From assembly GCA_028293445.1 (NCBI GenBank), contig JAQGOU010000006.1:1-49631 (forward strand): a stretch of DNA of 49,631 nt, in the 5' to 3' direction. The translations under genes were made by a program, and so were the position numbers. The notes beneath the pieces are model-generated. The model was given only the letters and a program-made list of their open reading frames with translations. It was not told the DNA's origin and did no database searches. Shown here in pieces: positions 17,058 to 26,894 of this stretch. The DNA comes from Verrucomicrobiales bacterium (GTDB taxonomy: Bacteria > Verrucomicrobiota > Verrucomicrobiia > Limisphaerales > JACDHS01). Position 1 is the first letter of the stretch, and every line of letters starts with the position of its first letter.

Positions 17058-18148
17058 ACTCCGGATGCTCGGCCCTTCATCTGGTTTCGTTCTCTTTCCA
17101 ACAAAGCGCGCTTGCGTTCCACGCCCCAACGATAACCGGAAAGATTGCCGTCGGTCCGCACCACCCGATGACACGGAATCGCGACTGCGATCGCATTCGC
17201 AGCGCACGCACCCGCCACCGCACGCACGGCTTTGGGCAGGCCGATGCGCTTGGCAATTTCTGTATAGTTCGCCGTGGTTCCGACCGAAATCTCGCTGAGT
17301 GCTTTCCAAACTCGCTGCTGGAAGGCGGTGCCGCGCACGTCGAGAGGCAGGTTCAAACCGAGTCGTGGCGTTTCAATGAAACCAACGACACGAGCGACCA
17401 CACGTTCAAACTTTTTGTCGCCCCCAATCAACCGCGCCCGGGGAAATCGGTTCTGAACATCTTTACAAAGATCTTGCGGATCATCTCCGAGTAGAATCGC
17501 ACAAACTCCCTTCTCGGACGACGCCACCAGGATTGATCCCAATGAACATTCGCCTACCGCGAAGCGAATCGTCGTTCCTTCTCCCCCTGCGCGATAACGC
17601 TTCGGTGCCATCCCGAGCATCTGGGAAGAGTCCGCGTAGAAGCGGCTATTAGAATTGAATCCCGCGCTGTAGATCGCAGTGGTCACAGTGTTGCGTTTTG
17701 CGAGTTCACTGCGGGCTCGTTCATTACGCTGCGCCTTCGCGTAGGCTTTCGGAGTGAGACCGACCCGCTTCGTGAAGACTCGATGGAAATGAAACGGGCT
17801 CATGCCCACTGCTTTCGCCAGAACGCCAAGGTTGGGCGATTGCGTAGCCGTCGTTATTAGCCTGCAAGCCTTGGCCACCGTCGCGGCGTGCAATTCCTCG
17901 AGCGCTTGCCCATTCGGTTGACACCGCTTGCACGCGCGAAATCCTGCGGCTTCCGCTTGCTCGCACGTGACGTGGAACTGAATATTGTTGCGGAGCGGCA
18001 AACGAGCCGAGCAGGACGGACGGCAATACACTCCTGTTGTTTTTACCGAATAGTAAAACGCACCATCCGCTTCGCTGTCGCGCTGGACCACTGCCTCCCA
18101 TCGCGCCACGTCACTCGTATATGCTCTGTTTTTAGATACCGCTTTCAT
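17054..18148 (-). CDS. ada: Bifunctional transcriptional activator / O6-methylguanine-DNA methyltransferase Ada
   Basis: Zn finger YCRPSC...FRACKRC, AraC HTH, active site IPCHRV. Confidence 0.96.
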   Translation of the reverse strand: MKAVSKNRAYTSDVARWEAVVQRDSEADGAFYYSVKTTGVYCRPSCSARLPLRNNIQFHVTCEQAEAAGFRACKRCQPNGQALEELHAATVAKACRLITTATQSPNLGVLAKAVGMSPFHFHRVFTKRVGLTPKAYAKAQRNERARSELAKRNTVTTAIYSAGFNSNSRFYADSSQMLGMAPKRYRAGGEGTTIRFAVGECSLGSILVASSEKGVCAILLGDDPQDLCKDVQNRFPRARLIGGDKKFERVVARVVGFIETPRLGLNLPLDVRGTAFQQRVWKALSEISVGTTANYTEIAKRIGLPKAVRAVAGACAANAIAVAIPCHRVVRTDGNLSGYRWGVERKRALLERERNQMKGRASGV

Positions 18149-18171
18149 TAATTCATTCTTCTTCTGAGCTG

Positions 18172-18220
18172 AATATAGCAATTCTTCCGACGAAAAAACT
18201 CTGGTTCTTGCTTTTCAATT
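18172..18220 (-). promoter_or_regulatory. Ada box and extended -10 of the ada-alkB promoter
   Basis: Minus strand AAT-TGAAAA-GCAA (18220-18208) fits AAT-N6-GCAA; TGcTATATT at 18180-18172. Confidence 0.72.
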
Positions 18221-18310
18221 CCAGCTTGTGTTCAGGCCGGGGGCCTCAGATTCATAAAAACGACTTGGACTAACCGCCGGTCGCCGGTAACAATTTACGT
18301 TCTCACGAAT

Positions 18311-19633
18311 ATGCGTTCACTTATTTTTCGCTCGGGCTTTTCGATCCTGGCTGGGTTCTGTTTTTTTTCCCTTTCCTCCGTTGCGGCCGAGAAGGCGCGC
18401 TGGTTCAAAGGGAATACACATACTCATTCGTTCTGGAGTGATGGTGATGAATTCCCGGAAATGATCGCCGACTGGTATAAAACCCATCAATACGATTTCC
18501 TCGCCTTCTCAGATCATAACTCGGTACAGGACGGAGAAAAGTGGCTGCCCATCAATGACCCTAATCGTCCCGCGATTCTCAAGAAATATATCACGCGCTT
18601 TGGTGTGATCGGTGTGGAACAAGAAAAACGCAACGGCACGAATTATGTCCGTTTGAAAAAGTTCCAGGAGTTCGAACCTCTTTTCCAGGAAAAGGGGAAG
18701 TTCCTGCTGCTGCGCGGCGAAGAAATTTCTGCGTCCGTCCCTGGCACCCCTCTTCATATTGGCGCCGTCAACGTGACCACCTTGATTGAACCCCACTACG
18801 GCAGCAACGTCGCCAACATTACCGAGGTGATCGATCAGAATCTCGCGGCCATCTTTGAGCAACGCAAAAAAACGCGTCAGCCGGTACTCGGGCATGTGAA
18901 TCATCCGAATTTTCAATGGGCCATCACGGCTGAAGAATTGATGGCGGTAAAAAACGAACATTTTTTCGAAGTCTTCAACGGTCATCCCCACGTCCACAAC
19001 GACGGTGATGCCACCCACTCTGGCACAGAACGGATTTGGGATATCATGCTCACGCATCGCCTCACTGATTTGAAATTACCCGTCGTTTACGGGATCGCAA
19101 CCGATGACTGTCATCACTATCAAGTCTGGGGCGCGCGGAAAAACAATCCAGGTGAAGGCTGGGTCATGGTGCGGGCGAAGACGTTGAGTGCCAAGAGTCT
19201 GATTGAGGCAATGGAACAAGGAGACTTCTACGCGTCGAGCGGAGTCACGTTGCGCGACGTGCGCCGCGATAAAAAAACCTACACCGTGGAAGTTGAACCC
19301 ACCAGCGGTGTCGATTACACCATTCAATTCATCGGCACCCGCGCCGGTTTCGATCCGAAGAGCGAGGCCGTGTTGGACAAGAATGGCACCGCTCTCCGTG
19401 TGTCGCGTCGGTATAGTCCGAGCATTGGTGAAGTGTTCCAGGAAGTTAAGGGCACCGCCGCCACTTATACGCTGAAGGGCGATGAGATCTACGTTCGTGC
19501 CAAAATTGTTTCTTCGAAGATGAAATATCCGGAAGCCGCCGCGACGGCACAGAAGAATTCCATGGAAACATTTGAGTCGGCGTGGACGCAACCACTCGTG
19601 AATGCGAAGGTAAAGCTGGCCTCTAAAAACTAA
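18311..19633 (+). CDS. Secreted PHP-domain metallo-phosphoesterase
   Basis: Signal peptide; GNTHTHSFWSDG, SDHN, NHPN, ATDDCH. Confidence 0.85.
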   Translation: MRSLIFRSGFSILAGFCFFSLSSVAAEKARWFKGNTHTHSFWSDGDEFPEMIADWYKTHQYDFLAFSDHNSVQDGEKWLPINDPNRPAILKKYITRFGVIGVEQEKRNGTNYVRLKKFQEFEPLFQEKGKFLLLRGEEISASVPGTPLHIGAVNVTTLIEPHYGSNVANITEVIDQNLAAIFEQRKKTRQPVLGHVNHPNFQWAITAEELMAVKNEHFFEVFNGHPHVHNDGDATHSGTERIWDIMLTHRLTDLKLPVVYGIATDDCHHYQVWGARKNNPGEGWVMVRAKTLSAKSLIEAMEQGDFYASSGVTLRDVRRDKKTYTVEVEPTSGVDYTIQFIGTRAGFDPKSEAVLDKNGTALRVSRRYSPSIGEVFQEVKGTAATYTLKGDEIYVRAKIVSSKMKYPEAAATAQKNSMETFESAWTQPLVNAKVKLASKN

Positions 19634-19647
19634 CCGCGAGGCGCGGT

Positions 19648-20298
19648 TTAACCAGGCCGGTTTTTACCGAGAAATTTCACCACCGCTTCCGTGCGCGACC
19701 GCACCTGAAGTTTTTCGTAAATATTTCGCAGATGATTGCGCACTGTAAAAACGCTGATGCCGAGCATGTCAGCGATTTCCTTGTATTGATAACCCTTGGC
19801 CAGGTGCGTGAGGATTTCGTGCTCGCGCCCGGATAGTTCCGCCGTCTGCTCGGAGGTTTTTCCCATGTCCTGCACATATTGCACAACCTTCCGTGCGATC
19901 TGACTGGACATCGGTGAGCCCCCTTTTTGGACCTCCGCTATCGCTTCGATAATTTGCACCGGCGCCGTTTGTTTAATCAGGTAGCCGCTTGCGCCCGCCA
20001 TCAACGAATCGAAAATCTTCGCGTTGTCCATGTAAACGGTGAGCATGATCACCTGCAACTTCGGGCGCACCGCTTTCAACTTCCCGACGCATTCTATCCC
20101 AGAGATTTCTGGAAGGTTGATATCCATCAGAACAACATCTGGCCAATCGAGCGGCAGCCGTTTCAACGCCACTTCGGCATTCGGAAACGTGCTGATGCAG
20201 CGATAGCCGGGCGTGCCGTTGATAAGGATGCTCATGGTTTCGCGCACACCGGCGTCATCCTCCACGATGGAAACTTTGATCGGGTTGGTTGTGCTCAT
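19648..20298 (-). CDS. NarL/LuxR-family response regulator
   Basis: IVEDD, MDINLP, LSGREHEIL, TVRNHLRNIYEKL. Confidence 0.95.
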   Translation of the reverse strand: MSTTNPIKVSIVEDDAGVRETMSILINGTPGYRCISTFPNAEVALKRLPLDWPDVVLMDINLPEISGIECVGKLKAVRPKLQVIMLTVYMDNAKIFDSLMAGASGYLIKQTAPVQIIEAIAEVQKGGSPMSSQIARKVVQYVQDMGKTSEQTAELSGREHEILTHLAKGYQYKEIADMLGISVFTVRNHLRNIYEKLQVRSRTEAVVKFLGKNRPG

Positions 20299-23279
20299 GT
20301 CTGCTCAGGCTTGGGGGTTTTGATCGGAAATTGAATCGAAATCTTAGCGCCTTTTCCGGCAGCGCTCTGCAATTCAAACTGGCCACCGACTGCTTGCATC
20401 CGTTTCTGCATATTTTTCAAACCGTTCCCGGCGTGGGCTGCTTCAGTCGGGCTAAATCCTTTGCCATCGTCCTCCAGTGAAAAAAATAAAATGCCGTCAC
20501 CACTGCGTAGCTGCATGGTGGCTGCTGTGGCGCCCGAATGTTTAACGACGTTGTTTAAACATTCTTTCACCACGGAAAAGAAATTATGCCGCACATCGGA
20601 GGGTAATTGGATGTCTACTACTTTGTCGGGAAACTCGAACCGGCTTCGAATGGAAGCAGTTTCGAGATAGGCCTGCGCATACTCATGAATGTATCCGACA
20701 AGTTTTTCGAGCGAATCGTTTTCCGGGTTCACTGCCCAGACGATGGCGTCGAGGTTGCGCACCACATCGTGCACGGCCGAGTTCATTTTCGTGAGGTGCG
20801 CTGGCGTGTCAGTGGCATTCTTTTTTGAGGCCAATTCACTCAAGAGAAGAATTTCGGTTAACCGCGCGCCGAGTTCGTCGTGCATATCTTGGGCGATGCG
20901 GGTGCGCTCGCGTTCGACAGCATGCTCCTCTTCAGTGCGACGCAGCTGCGATTTAATCTTATGCACGGACACATAACGTACCGTTCCCACTACTAGGCCG
21001 GAGGCGAGCAGCGCCAGCGCGCTCATGAACCACCAGCTTTTATAAAATGCCGGCGTCAGCGACACATTAAATGTGATCCCCTTTTGATTCCACAGGCCGT
21101 CACTGTTGCAGGCTATCACGCGGAATTGATACTCACCTGCAGGCAGGCGCCCGTAATGAGCCTCCCGCTTCGTAGCGTCGATCCAATCGCTATCCCATCC
21201 GTCGAGTTTGTATTTAAAGGCCATCTTTTCCGGCGCATCAAAACTCGGGGAGGTAAACCGAAATACCATTTCGTTTTTATTAGCCACCAGGCGCACGGGC
21301 TGTGTTGAGTCTACTTCATGGCCATCAACGAGGACCTCTTCCAGGTGCAGTTGGGGCGGTTCCTGATTGAATGTTTCCCGGCGCGGATCAACAACAACAA
21401 CCCCTCTACTCGTGGGGACCCAGAGCTTTCCATCCTGCGTTTTACAGAGCGCGGTGCTTCCTGTTCCTTTGCATTCGGTGCTTAACATTCCGTCTGCTTT
21501 GCCGAACACCGTGCAGGAGATTGTCTTCTCCAGCCCCGCTTCAAAATCGGCCAGGTTCTTCTTGTGGATACAGAATATCCCGCGGGACGATGTGAGCCAC
21601 AGCCGGCCGAATTCGTCTTCCTGAATCCCGTGGATCTGGTCATGGAACAATCCATTCGTGGTCGTGAAGGTAGAAAAGGTTCCGTTGTGAAAACGATTCA
21701 GGCCGCCCATCGTTCCGACCCAGACACTGCCTTCTTTGTCTTCAAAGATTACTGACACGAAGCGGTGCGAAAGACCGTTCTGCACTCCATAGCTTTTAAA
21801 CGTTCCCTTTTCTCCAATGGCCATTCCCCCATCCGTTCCACACCACAACCTGCCCTGCCGATCTTCATAAAAGCACTCAATCGAATTGGATGGCAGCCCG
21901 TTCGCGACGGTGTAGCGCGTGAATTCTGAATTCTGGTATGCCGCCAGCCCGCTCCTTGTGCCGACCCACAAAACTCCTTTGCTGTCTTCAAACAATGCGC
22001 GAATGGAGTGATCAACAAAGCCTTCCTTGCTGCGAAGGTGATCGATCCTCTCGTTCGACATTCGATTTAGTCCGCCGTCATAATCCATGCCGAACCACAT
22101 CTCACCTGCGCGACTGGGGAGAAGCGTTAAAACCAAATCACTCGAGAGGCGTTCGGTCCGTGAAAATTTTTGGATCTCATTCCCGCTGACCTTGTTGACA
22201 CCACCACCCCACAAGCCAATCCAAACCGCACCGGCTTTGTCTTCCGCAATTGAGCTGACGGAGTTGTGCGAAAGTCCATTCTGCATCGTGAGCGTCGTCA
22301 GCACCCGGCGCTTCATCCGAATCAAGCCATCCCGCGTGCAGACCCAGAGATTTTGCTCGCGATCTTCGCTGATGCCATAGACGCGGTCGAAAGATCCGCC
22401 ATCCGTCGCCGTTTCGATGATGAACTTTTCTTCACTGCGCCGGGTCAGCCCATTGAGAGTACCGATCCAGAGCTGTCCCTCGTGATCTTCAAAAACGGAG
22501 CTGACGATGTTATCCGACAGCCCGTCTTTCTGCGTGAAATTCCTAAACTTCCCATCTTTGAAGCGGCTCAACCCGTAATGCGATCCGACCCAGAGATTTC
22601 CAGAACGATCCAGGCAAAGCGCCCGCGTTGAATTGTGTAGCAATCCCTGCTTCGAGGTGTAGGTCGTGAATTTGCCTTCCGCATAGCGGGACAGGCCCGA
22701 CGCCGTGGCGATCCACAAGTTGCCCTTGGTATCTTCGCATATCGCACGAATGGAGTTATGAACAAGGCCATCGTTTGTGGTGAAATTGGTGAAAGCGCCG
22801 TTCTGGTGTTTGAACAGGCCTTTCGATCCCGTCCCGATCCACAACGATCCGTCCCTGCTCTCAAAGAGCGTGGTGATTGCATCCTCACCGATCACTTTCG
22901 GAATTGGGAATGGCCTGATGGCGCCTCGCAAAATATGCGTGACAGTTCCCGAATCGGTTCCAATAAAGATCGCACCGGATTGGGTTTGGTGGATCGCTGT
23001 GATCATCTGATTGCTGAGCCCCGTGGTGGTAATGGTGACGAACCTCGCCCCGTCGAAGCGGGCCAGGCCTGCTTCCGTGCCGATCCACAAATAATTGTCC
23101 GCTGACTGAGCCGCGCTCCGGACAGCGTGCGTTGGAAGTCCATGTTCTGACTGCCACCGCTGGGAGATATAAGATTCGGTCTCTCTGACCACGGCCGCCT
23201 GAAGTTGGGGCACGACCGAGAGCGCCACGCACAAGGCGAGGATGAGAAGGCGACACTGCTGGCTTGCGCTCATGTTCAA
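20295..23279 (-). CDS. Membrane sensor histidine kinase with Reg_prop beta-propellers, Y_Y_Y and HisKA_3 domains
   Basis: Many GLxxNxI...EDxxGxLWIGT repeats, YKLDGWD...Y, a TM helix, IAQDMHDELG. Confidence 0.93.
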   Translation of the reverse strand: MNMSASQQCRLLILALCVALSVVPQLQAAVVRETESYISQRWQSEHGLPTHAVRSAAQSADNYLWIGTEAGLARFDGARFVTITTTGLSNQMITAIHQTQSGAIFIGTDSGTVTHILRGAIRPFPIPKVIGEDAITTLFESRDGSLWIGTGSKGLFKHQNGAFTNFTTNDGLVHNSIRAICEDTKGNLWIATASGLSRYAEGKFTTYTSKQGLLHNSTRALCLDRSGNLWVGSHYGLSRFKDGKFRNFTQKDGLSDNIVSSVFEDHEGQLWIGTLNGLTRRSEEKFIIETATDGGSFDRVYGISEDREQNLWVCTRDGLIRMKRRVLTTLTMQNGLSHNSVSSIAEDKAGAVWIGLWGGGVNKVSGNEIQKFSRTERLSSDLVLTLLPSRAGEMWFGMDYDGGLNRMSNERIDHLRSKEGFVDHSIRALFEDSKGVLWVGTRSGLAAYQNSEFTRYTVANGLPSNSIECFYEDRQGRLWCGTDGGMAIGEKGTFKSYGVQNGLSHRFVSVIFEDKEGSVWVGTMGGLNRFHNGTFSTFTTTNGLFHDQIHGIQEDEFGRLWLTSSRGIFCIHKKNLADFEAGLEKTISCTVFGKADGMLSTECKGTGSTALCKTQDGKLWVPTSRGVVVVDPRRETFNQEPPQLHLEEVLVDGHEVDSTQPVRLVANKNEMVFRFTSPSFDAPEKMAFKYKLDGWDSDWIDATKREAHYGRLPAGEYQFRVIACNSDGLWNQKGITFNVSLTPAFYKSWWFMSALALLASGLVVGTVRYVSVHKIKSQLRRTEEEHAVERERTRIAQDMHDELGARLTEILLLSELASKKNATDTPAHLTKMNSAVHDVVRNLDAIVWAVNPENDSLEKLVGYIHEYAQAYLETASIRSRFEFPDKVVDIQLPSDVRHNFFSVVKECLNNVVKHSGATAATMQLRSGDGILFFSLEDDGKGFSPTEAAHAGNGLKNMQKRMQAVGGQFELQSAAGKGAKISIQFPIKTPKPEQT

Positions 23280-23416
23280 AGAGGGATGCGATGAGTGTAT
23301 CAGGCAGGTGTCGGGTTTTGAAAACGTTTTTCGCGGTGTTATTCTTCCGTCCGCAATCGCAACCGCCGGGATTGGTCTCGCCTGTTCGTTTCTTTTGTAT
23401 TTAGATCCGCCGTCCT

Positions 23417-24515
23417 GTGCTCACAAAGCAATTTTTCGTTTTATGCTTTCTGCTTGGCTTCGCTTTTCCGCGTTGCGCTGTCTCCATGGAATCAATTGAG
23501 GTTTCAGCAGATCACGAGCATTTCGCGTTCAGCAAATCGAAAGCCAAGTTCTCTCCGCGAGGTTTTAATTATGACCGTGATTACAAAATGCGTTTGCTGG
23601 AAGACTACTGGGATACGGAATGGGAAACCGTCGTCGAAGATTTTCGGGAGATGAAACAGCTCGGCGCCAATGTTGTTCGCATTCATCTACAAGTGGCGAA
23701 ATTCATGGAAGGTCCTGATAAACCAAACCGCCGCTCTCTCTCTCGTTTGAAACAGCTGCTGAACCTGGCAGAAACGACCGGCCTCTATCTCGACATCACC
23801 GGCCTTGGTTGTTATCGCAAAGCAGACGTCCCGGCCTGGTTCGAACACCTCAACGAACAGGACCGTTGGACTCTCCAGGCCAACTTTTGGCGAGCCATCT
23901 CAAAATCTTGTTCGAAAAGCCCCCGCTGTTTTCTGCTACGACCTGATCAATGAACCCGTGGTTCCAGAAACCCGCTCGACCGATTGGCTCGTAGGACAAC
24001 TGGCCGGATTTTACTATGTGCAGGCCATTTCGCTTGATCGAGGGGATCGAACGCGCAGCGCTGTGGCCGCAGCCTGGATTTCAAAACTGACGAAAGCGAT
24101 CCGCCGCGAAGACCAAAGGCACCTCATCACCCTCGGCTTTCTTCCCAACAGTGCCGAAGCTTCCGGTGGCTCCGGTTTCCCTCCGCGCGAGGTGGCTCGC
24201 GATTTAGATTTCGTTTCGGTGCATCTTTATCCTAAACCCGGACATTTAACGGAGGACTTGGCTCTCTTACGCCAGTTTGCGATCGGCAAACCGCTCGTCA
24301 TTGAAGAAACTTATCCAATGCCGGCCAGTGCTGCTGACTTGAAAACGTTTCTCGAGGCCTCAATTCGGATAGCTAACGGCTGGATCGGGTTTTATTGGGG
24401 CAAACCGCCCGCAGAACTCCGCGAATCCAAACAAATCGGCGATCACATCCTCTTGAGTTGGTTAACTGTGTTCAAGGAGCTGAATCATTCGAACCCTCCT
24501 GGGAAGGAAAAATAA
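23417..24515 (+). pseudogene. GH5-like (clan A) glycoside hydrolase split by a +1 frameshift (or a sequencing error)
   Basis: ORF 23417-23953 (GFNY, ANVVRIHL) and ORF 23805-24515 (YDLINEP, SVHLY, IEET) join if one C is removed from the C5 run at 23920-23924. Confidence 0.75.
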
Positions 24516-24750
24516 TTGTGAACTGTTCACCGGTTACGTTGGAATCCTCCGTGAATAGTATGGGTGCAACTTTAATAACATCGACTAAAGCGACATACGG
24601 GAACTTACCGACAGAGTTATCAGGGGGTGCTGACGCCCGTTTTGAGCCCGTCCGTCCTGACGGATTGGAGTTGTTTGACTTATTCACACCCCTTAATAAG
24701 AATAGACTTTTAGATTCAAAGAAGTCTTTAATAGAGCGTTGTGGATCGCG
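24516..24750. other. Putative replication origin oriC
   Basis: Consensus DnaA box TTATTCACA at 24680-24688, then CCCC and trio-like TAA TAA GAA TAG in an AT-rich tract; degenerate boxes nearby; dnaN, mnmG and parS close by. Confidence 0.6.
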
Positions 24751-24752
24751 CA
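24678..24752 (+). repeat. Direct repeat copy 1 of the dnaN leader and first codons
   Basis: 24697-24752 aligns ungapped with 25647-25702 at 45/56 identities by hand, including the identical 17-mer TAAGAATAGACTTTTAG. Confidence 0.88.
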
Positions 24753-24835
24753 CACCATCGATTTAAGTAAATCGACCCGATTCCAACCCGGTGTCCAGAC
24801 CTTGCCGTCAGGACCGTTGTTTTAAGAAGAAGCGT

Positions 24836-25477
24836 ATGAAAAAATTAGTTTTGTCTGTCCTCCTACTAGTTGCGGCGTTCGCCAGCCACGGAATGGTCCT
24901 CTGTGTGGTCAACAAAACAGATGCCCCTGTGACGCTAACGTGTCAATACGGAGGCCTGATGACTGTGGATCCCGGGACTACGAACGAAGTTTCCGTCGTT
25001 CTTCCGACTCTGCCCATCACATTTTCTCAGCCATTCGATCCAGCCGTTGGCTTTGAGCCCACGACGGTTGCCTGGGTCAACTGGATTACCGATTACAACA
25101 TCACCATCACGAAAGCACGCTTTTGGAATGACCCGGCCAAGTTGCTGCGAGTCAACCTGCGTCCAGTCCGCATCGAATACGTCACAGTGTGGAATGATTG
25201 CGCCGAAAATTTCAGAGTCGTCGATGTGAACACCCATCGGTTGTACGGGATCGTCTATGGAACGAACGACAGCGAGCACGATCACTTCACCACGTTTCGG
25301 TTTGTGAACAGGGTGAACCTGATGTTTCGCCAGCCCTTTAACGCCGAGTTGCATCGCGTTCCGACCGGTCACGTGCGCATCCCCGCCGGGGGCAATTGGA
25401 ATGTTTTTGTGTCGCAACCGGCTGGCTATCGCTTCAACGGCGACGTGTTGCTGAGCAAGATGGAAACGGCACCGTAA
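24836..25477 (+). CDS. Hypothetical secreted protein with a two-fold internal repeat
   Basis: MKKLVLSVLLLVAAFASHG signal peptide; ITFSQPFDP..PT resembles LMFRQPFNA..PT; followed by a terminator. Confidence 0.7.
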   Translation: MKKLVLSVLLLVAAFASHGMVLCVVNKTDAPVTLTCQYGGLMTVDPGTTNEVSVVLPTLPITFSQPFDPAVGFEPTTVAWVNWITDYNITITKARFWNDPAKLLRVNLRPVRIEYVTVWNDCAENFRVVDVNTHRLYGIVYGTNDSEHDHFTTFRFVNRVNLMFRQPFNAELHRVPTGHVRIPAGGNWNVFVSQPAGYRFNGDVLLSKMETAP

Positions 25478-25525
25478 GCCTTGCCGAATTCTGCAGGGTG
25501 GCGGTCACCCCGAGTGTTTATTTTG

Positions 25526-25559
25526 GACCTCCCGACGAAAGCGGGAGGTCTTTTCGTTT
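25526..25559 (+). terminator. Intrinsic terminator
   Basis: GACCTCCCG-acgaaag-CGGGAGGTC followed by TTTTCGTTT. Confidence 0.85.
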
Positions 25560-25625
25560 CCATACCGCAGAAAAATCGGAATCACGCCGGAAAACTCCTC
25601 ACTCCTTGACACCTGGGGTTCTTTC

Positions 25626-25702
25626 ACTTATTCAGAACTCTTAAAGTAAGAATAGACTTTTAGTTTCAAAAAAGTTTTCATTAGCGCGCCATGAATCTCG
25701 CA
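25626..25702 (+). repeat. Direct repeat copy 2 (functional dnaN leader and start)
   Basis: Core offset 950 bp from copy 1; DnaA box reads TTATTCAGA here. Confidence 0.88.
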
Positions 25703-26797
25703 ATAGCAAAAGATCAAATCATTCACGGGTTGCAAGCGGTCCAAAACGTCGTCAGCACACGAACCACGCTGCCGATTCTTTCGAATGTGCTTTTGCGCGC
25801 CGAAGAGAACATGCTGGAACTGACCGCGACAGATCTGGACGTAACCGTCTCCTGCTCAGTGGAAGCGGCCGTAAAAAAGGTGGGCTCAACGACGGTTCCT
25901 GTGAAGAAAGTTTATTCACTCATCAGCGCGTTGACGAATCCCGAAATCGAATTCGAAGTGGACGACAAAAACGCCTGCAGCATCCGCGCAGGCTCGTCGT
26001 TTTATAAGATCAACGGTCTCGCCGCCGAAGAATTCCCGCCGATCCAAAAATTTAAAGAGAACAAAAAGATCACGCTCCCTCAGGAAAAGCTGAAGAGCAT
26101 GCTCAAGAAAACGTCCTTCGCGATCTCCACGGACGAATCGCGTTACGTCTTGAACGGAATTTTCATCAGCCTGAAGGATCACAAGATGACCATGGTTGCG
26201 ACAGATGGCCGCCGCCTTGCCCTCGTAGATGAAGAAGTGGAACTCGGCGACACCACGGGAGAATTCATCGTCCCAACGAAGGCTGTGAACGAATTGAGCC
26301 GCCTGCTCAGTGACAAGGGTGAAGTTGAAATCAAATTTACGGAAAACCAGGTCGCCTTCGCGTTGAAGAACGAAAAGGGCGCTTCGATTTTGATCATTTC
26401 GAAATTGGTGGAAGGAAATTACCCCAATTATCGCCAGGTGATCCCGGCTGAAACCAAGGAACGCATTCCTTTGGTGCGCGAAGAATTTCTGGCCGCCTTG
26501 AAGCGCGCCGAAATCATGACCAGCGACAAGGCGAACTCGGTGAAACTGCATTTCACGAAGAACAACCTCGCGATCACGGCCAATTCCCCCGAAGTCGGTG
26601 AAGCCCGCGAAAGCATTGCCGTGAATTACAAAGGCAAGGAATTCGCGATCGCGTTCAACCCGGCTTACATGATTGATCCCCTCAATGCGTTGAGCTGCGA
26701 CGAAGTTTATCTCGAACTGATCGATGAACTGAGCCCCGGCGTCCTGAAGACCAACGCGCCGTTCCTCTACGTCGTCATGCCGATGCGTTTGAGCTAG
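25691..26797 (+). CDS. dnaN: DNA polymerase III beta sliding clamp
   Basis: TLPILSNVLL, ATDLD, SRYVLNG, VATDGRRLA, LVEGNYPNY, VVMPMRL. Confidence 0.98.
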   Translation: MNLAIAKDQIIHGLQAVQNVVSTRTTLPILSNVLLRAEENMLELTATDLDVTVSCSVEAAVKKVGSTTVPVKKVYSLISALTNPEIEFEVDDKNACSIRAGSSFYKINGLAAEEFPPIQKFKENKKITLPQEKLKSMLKKTSFAISTDESRYVLNGIFISLKDHKMTMVATDGRRLALVDEEVELGDTTGEFIVPTKAVNELSRLLSDKGEVEIKFTENQVAFALKNEKGASILIISKLVEGNYPNYRQVIPAETKERIPLVREEFLAALKRAEIMTSDKANSVKLHFTKNNLAITANSPEVGEARESIAVNYKGKEFAIAFNPAYMIDPLNALSCDEVYLELIDELSPGVLKTNAPFLYVVMPMRLS

Positions 26798-26829
26798 GAA
26801 GCTTCGGCTGGAGCTGATTTATAATCTTG

Positions 26830-26861
26830 AGGCTGCGATCCTGATGATCGCAGCCTTTTTC
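26830..26861 (+). terminator. Intrinsic terminator after dnaN
   Basis: AGGCTGCGATC-ctgat-GATCGCAGCCT followed by a T-run. Confidence 0.88.
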
Positions 26862-26894
26862 GTTTCAATAGAGGCGGATAATCGATCTCAAGCG

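Noticed and set aside
17058-17309. N-terminal extension of the alkB ORF
   Set aside because: It overlaps ada; the ATG at 17057 gives a coupled ATGA junction
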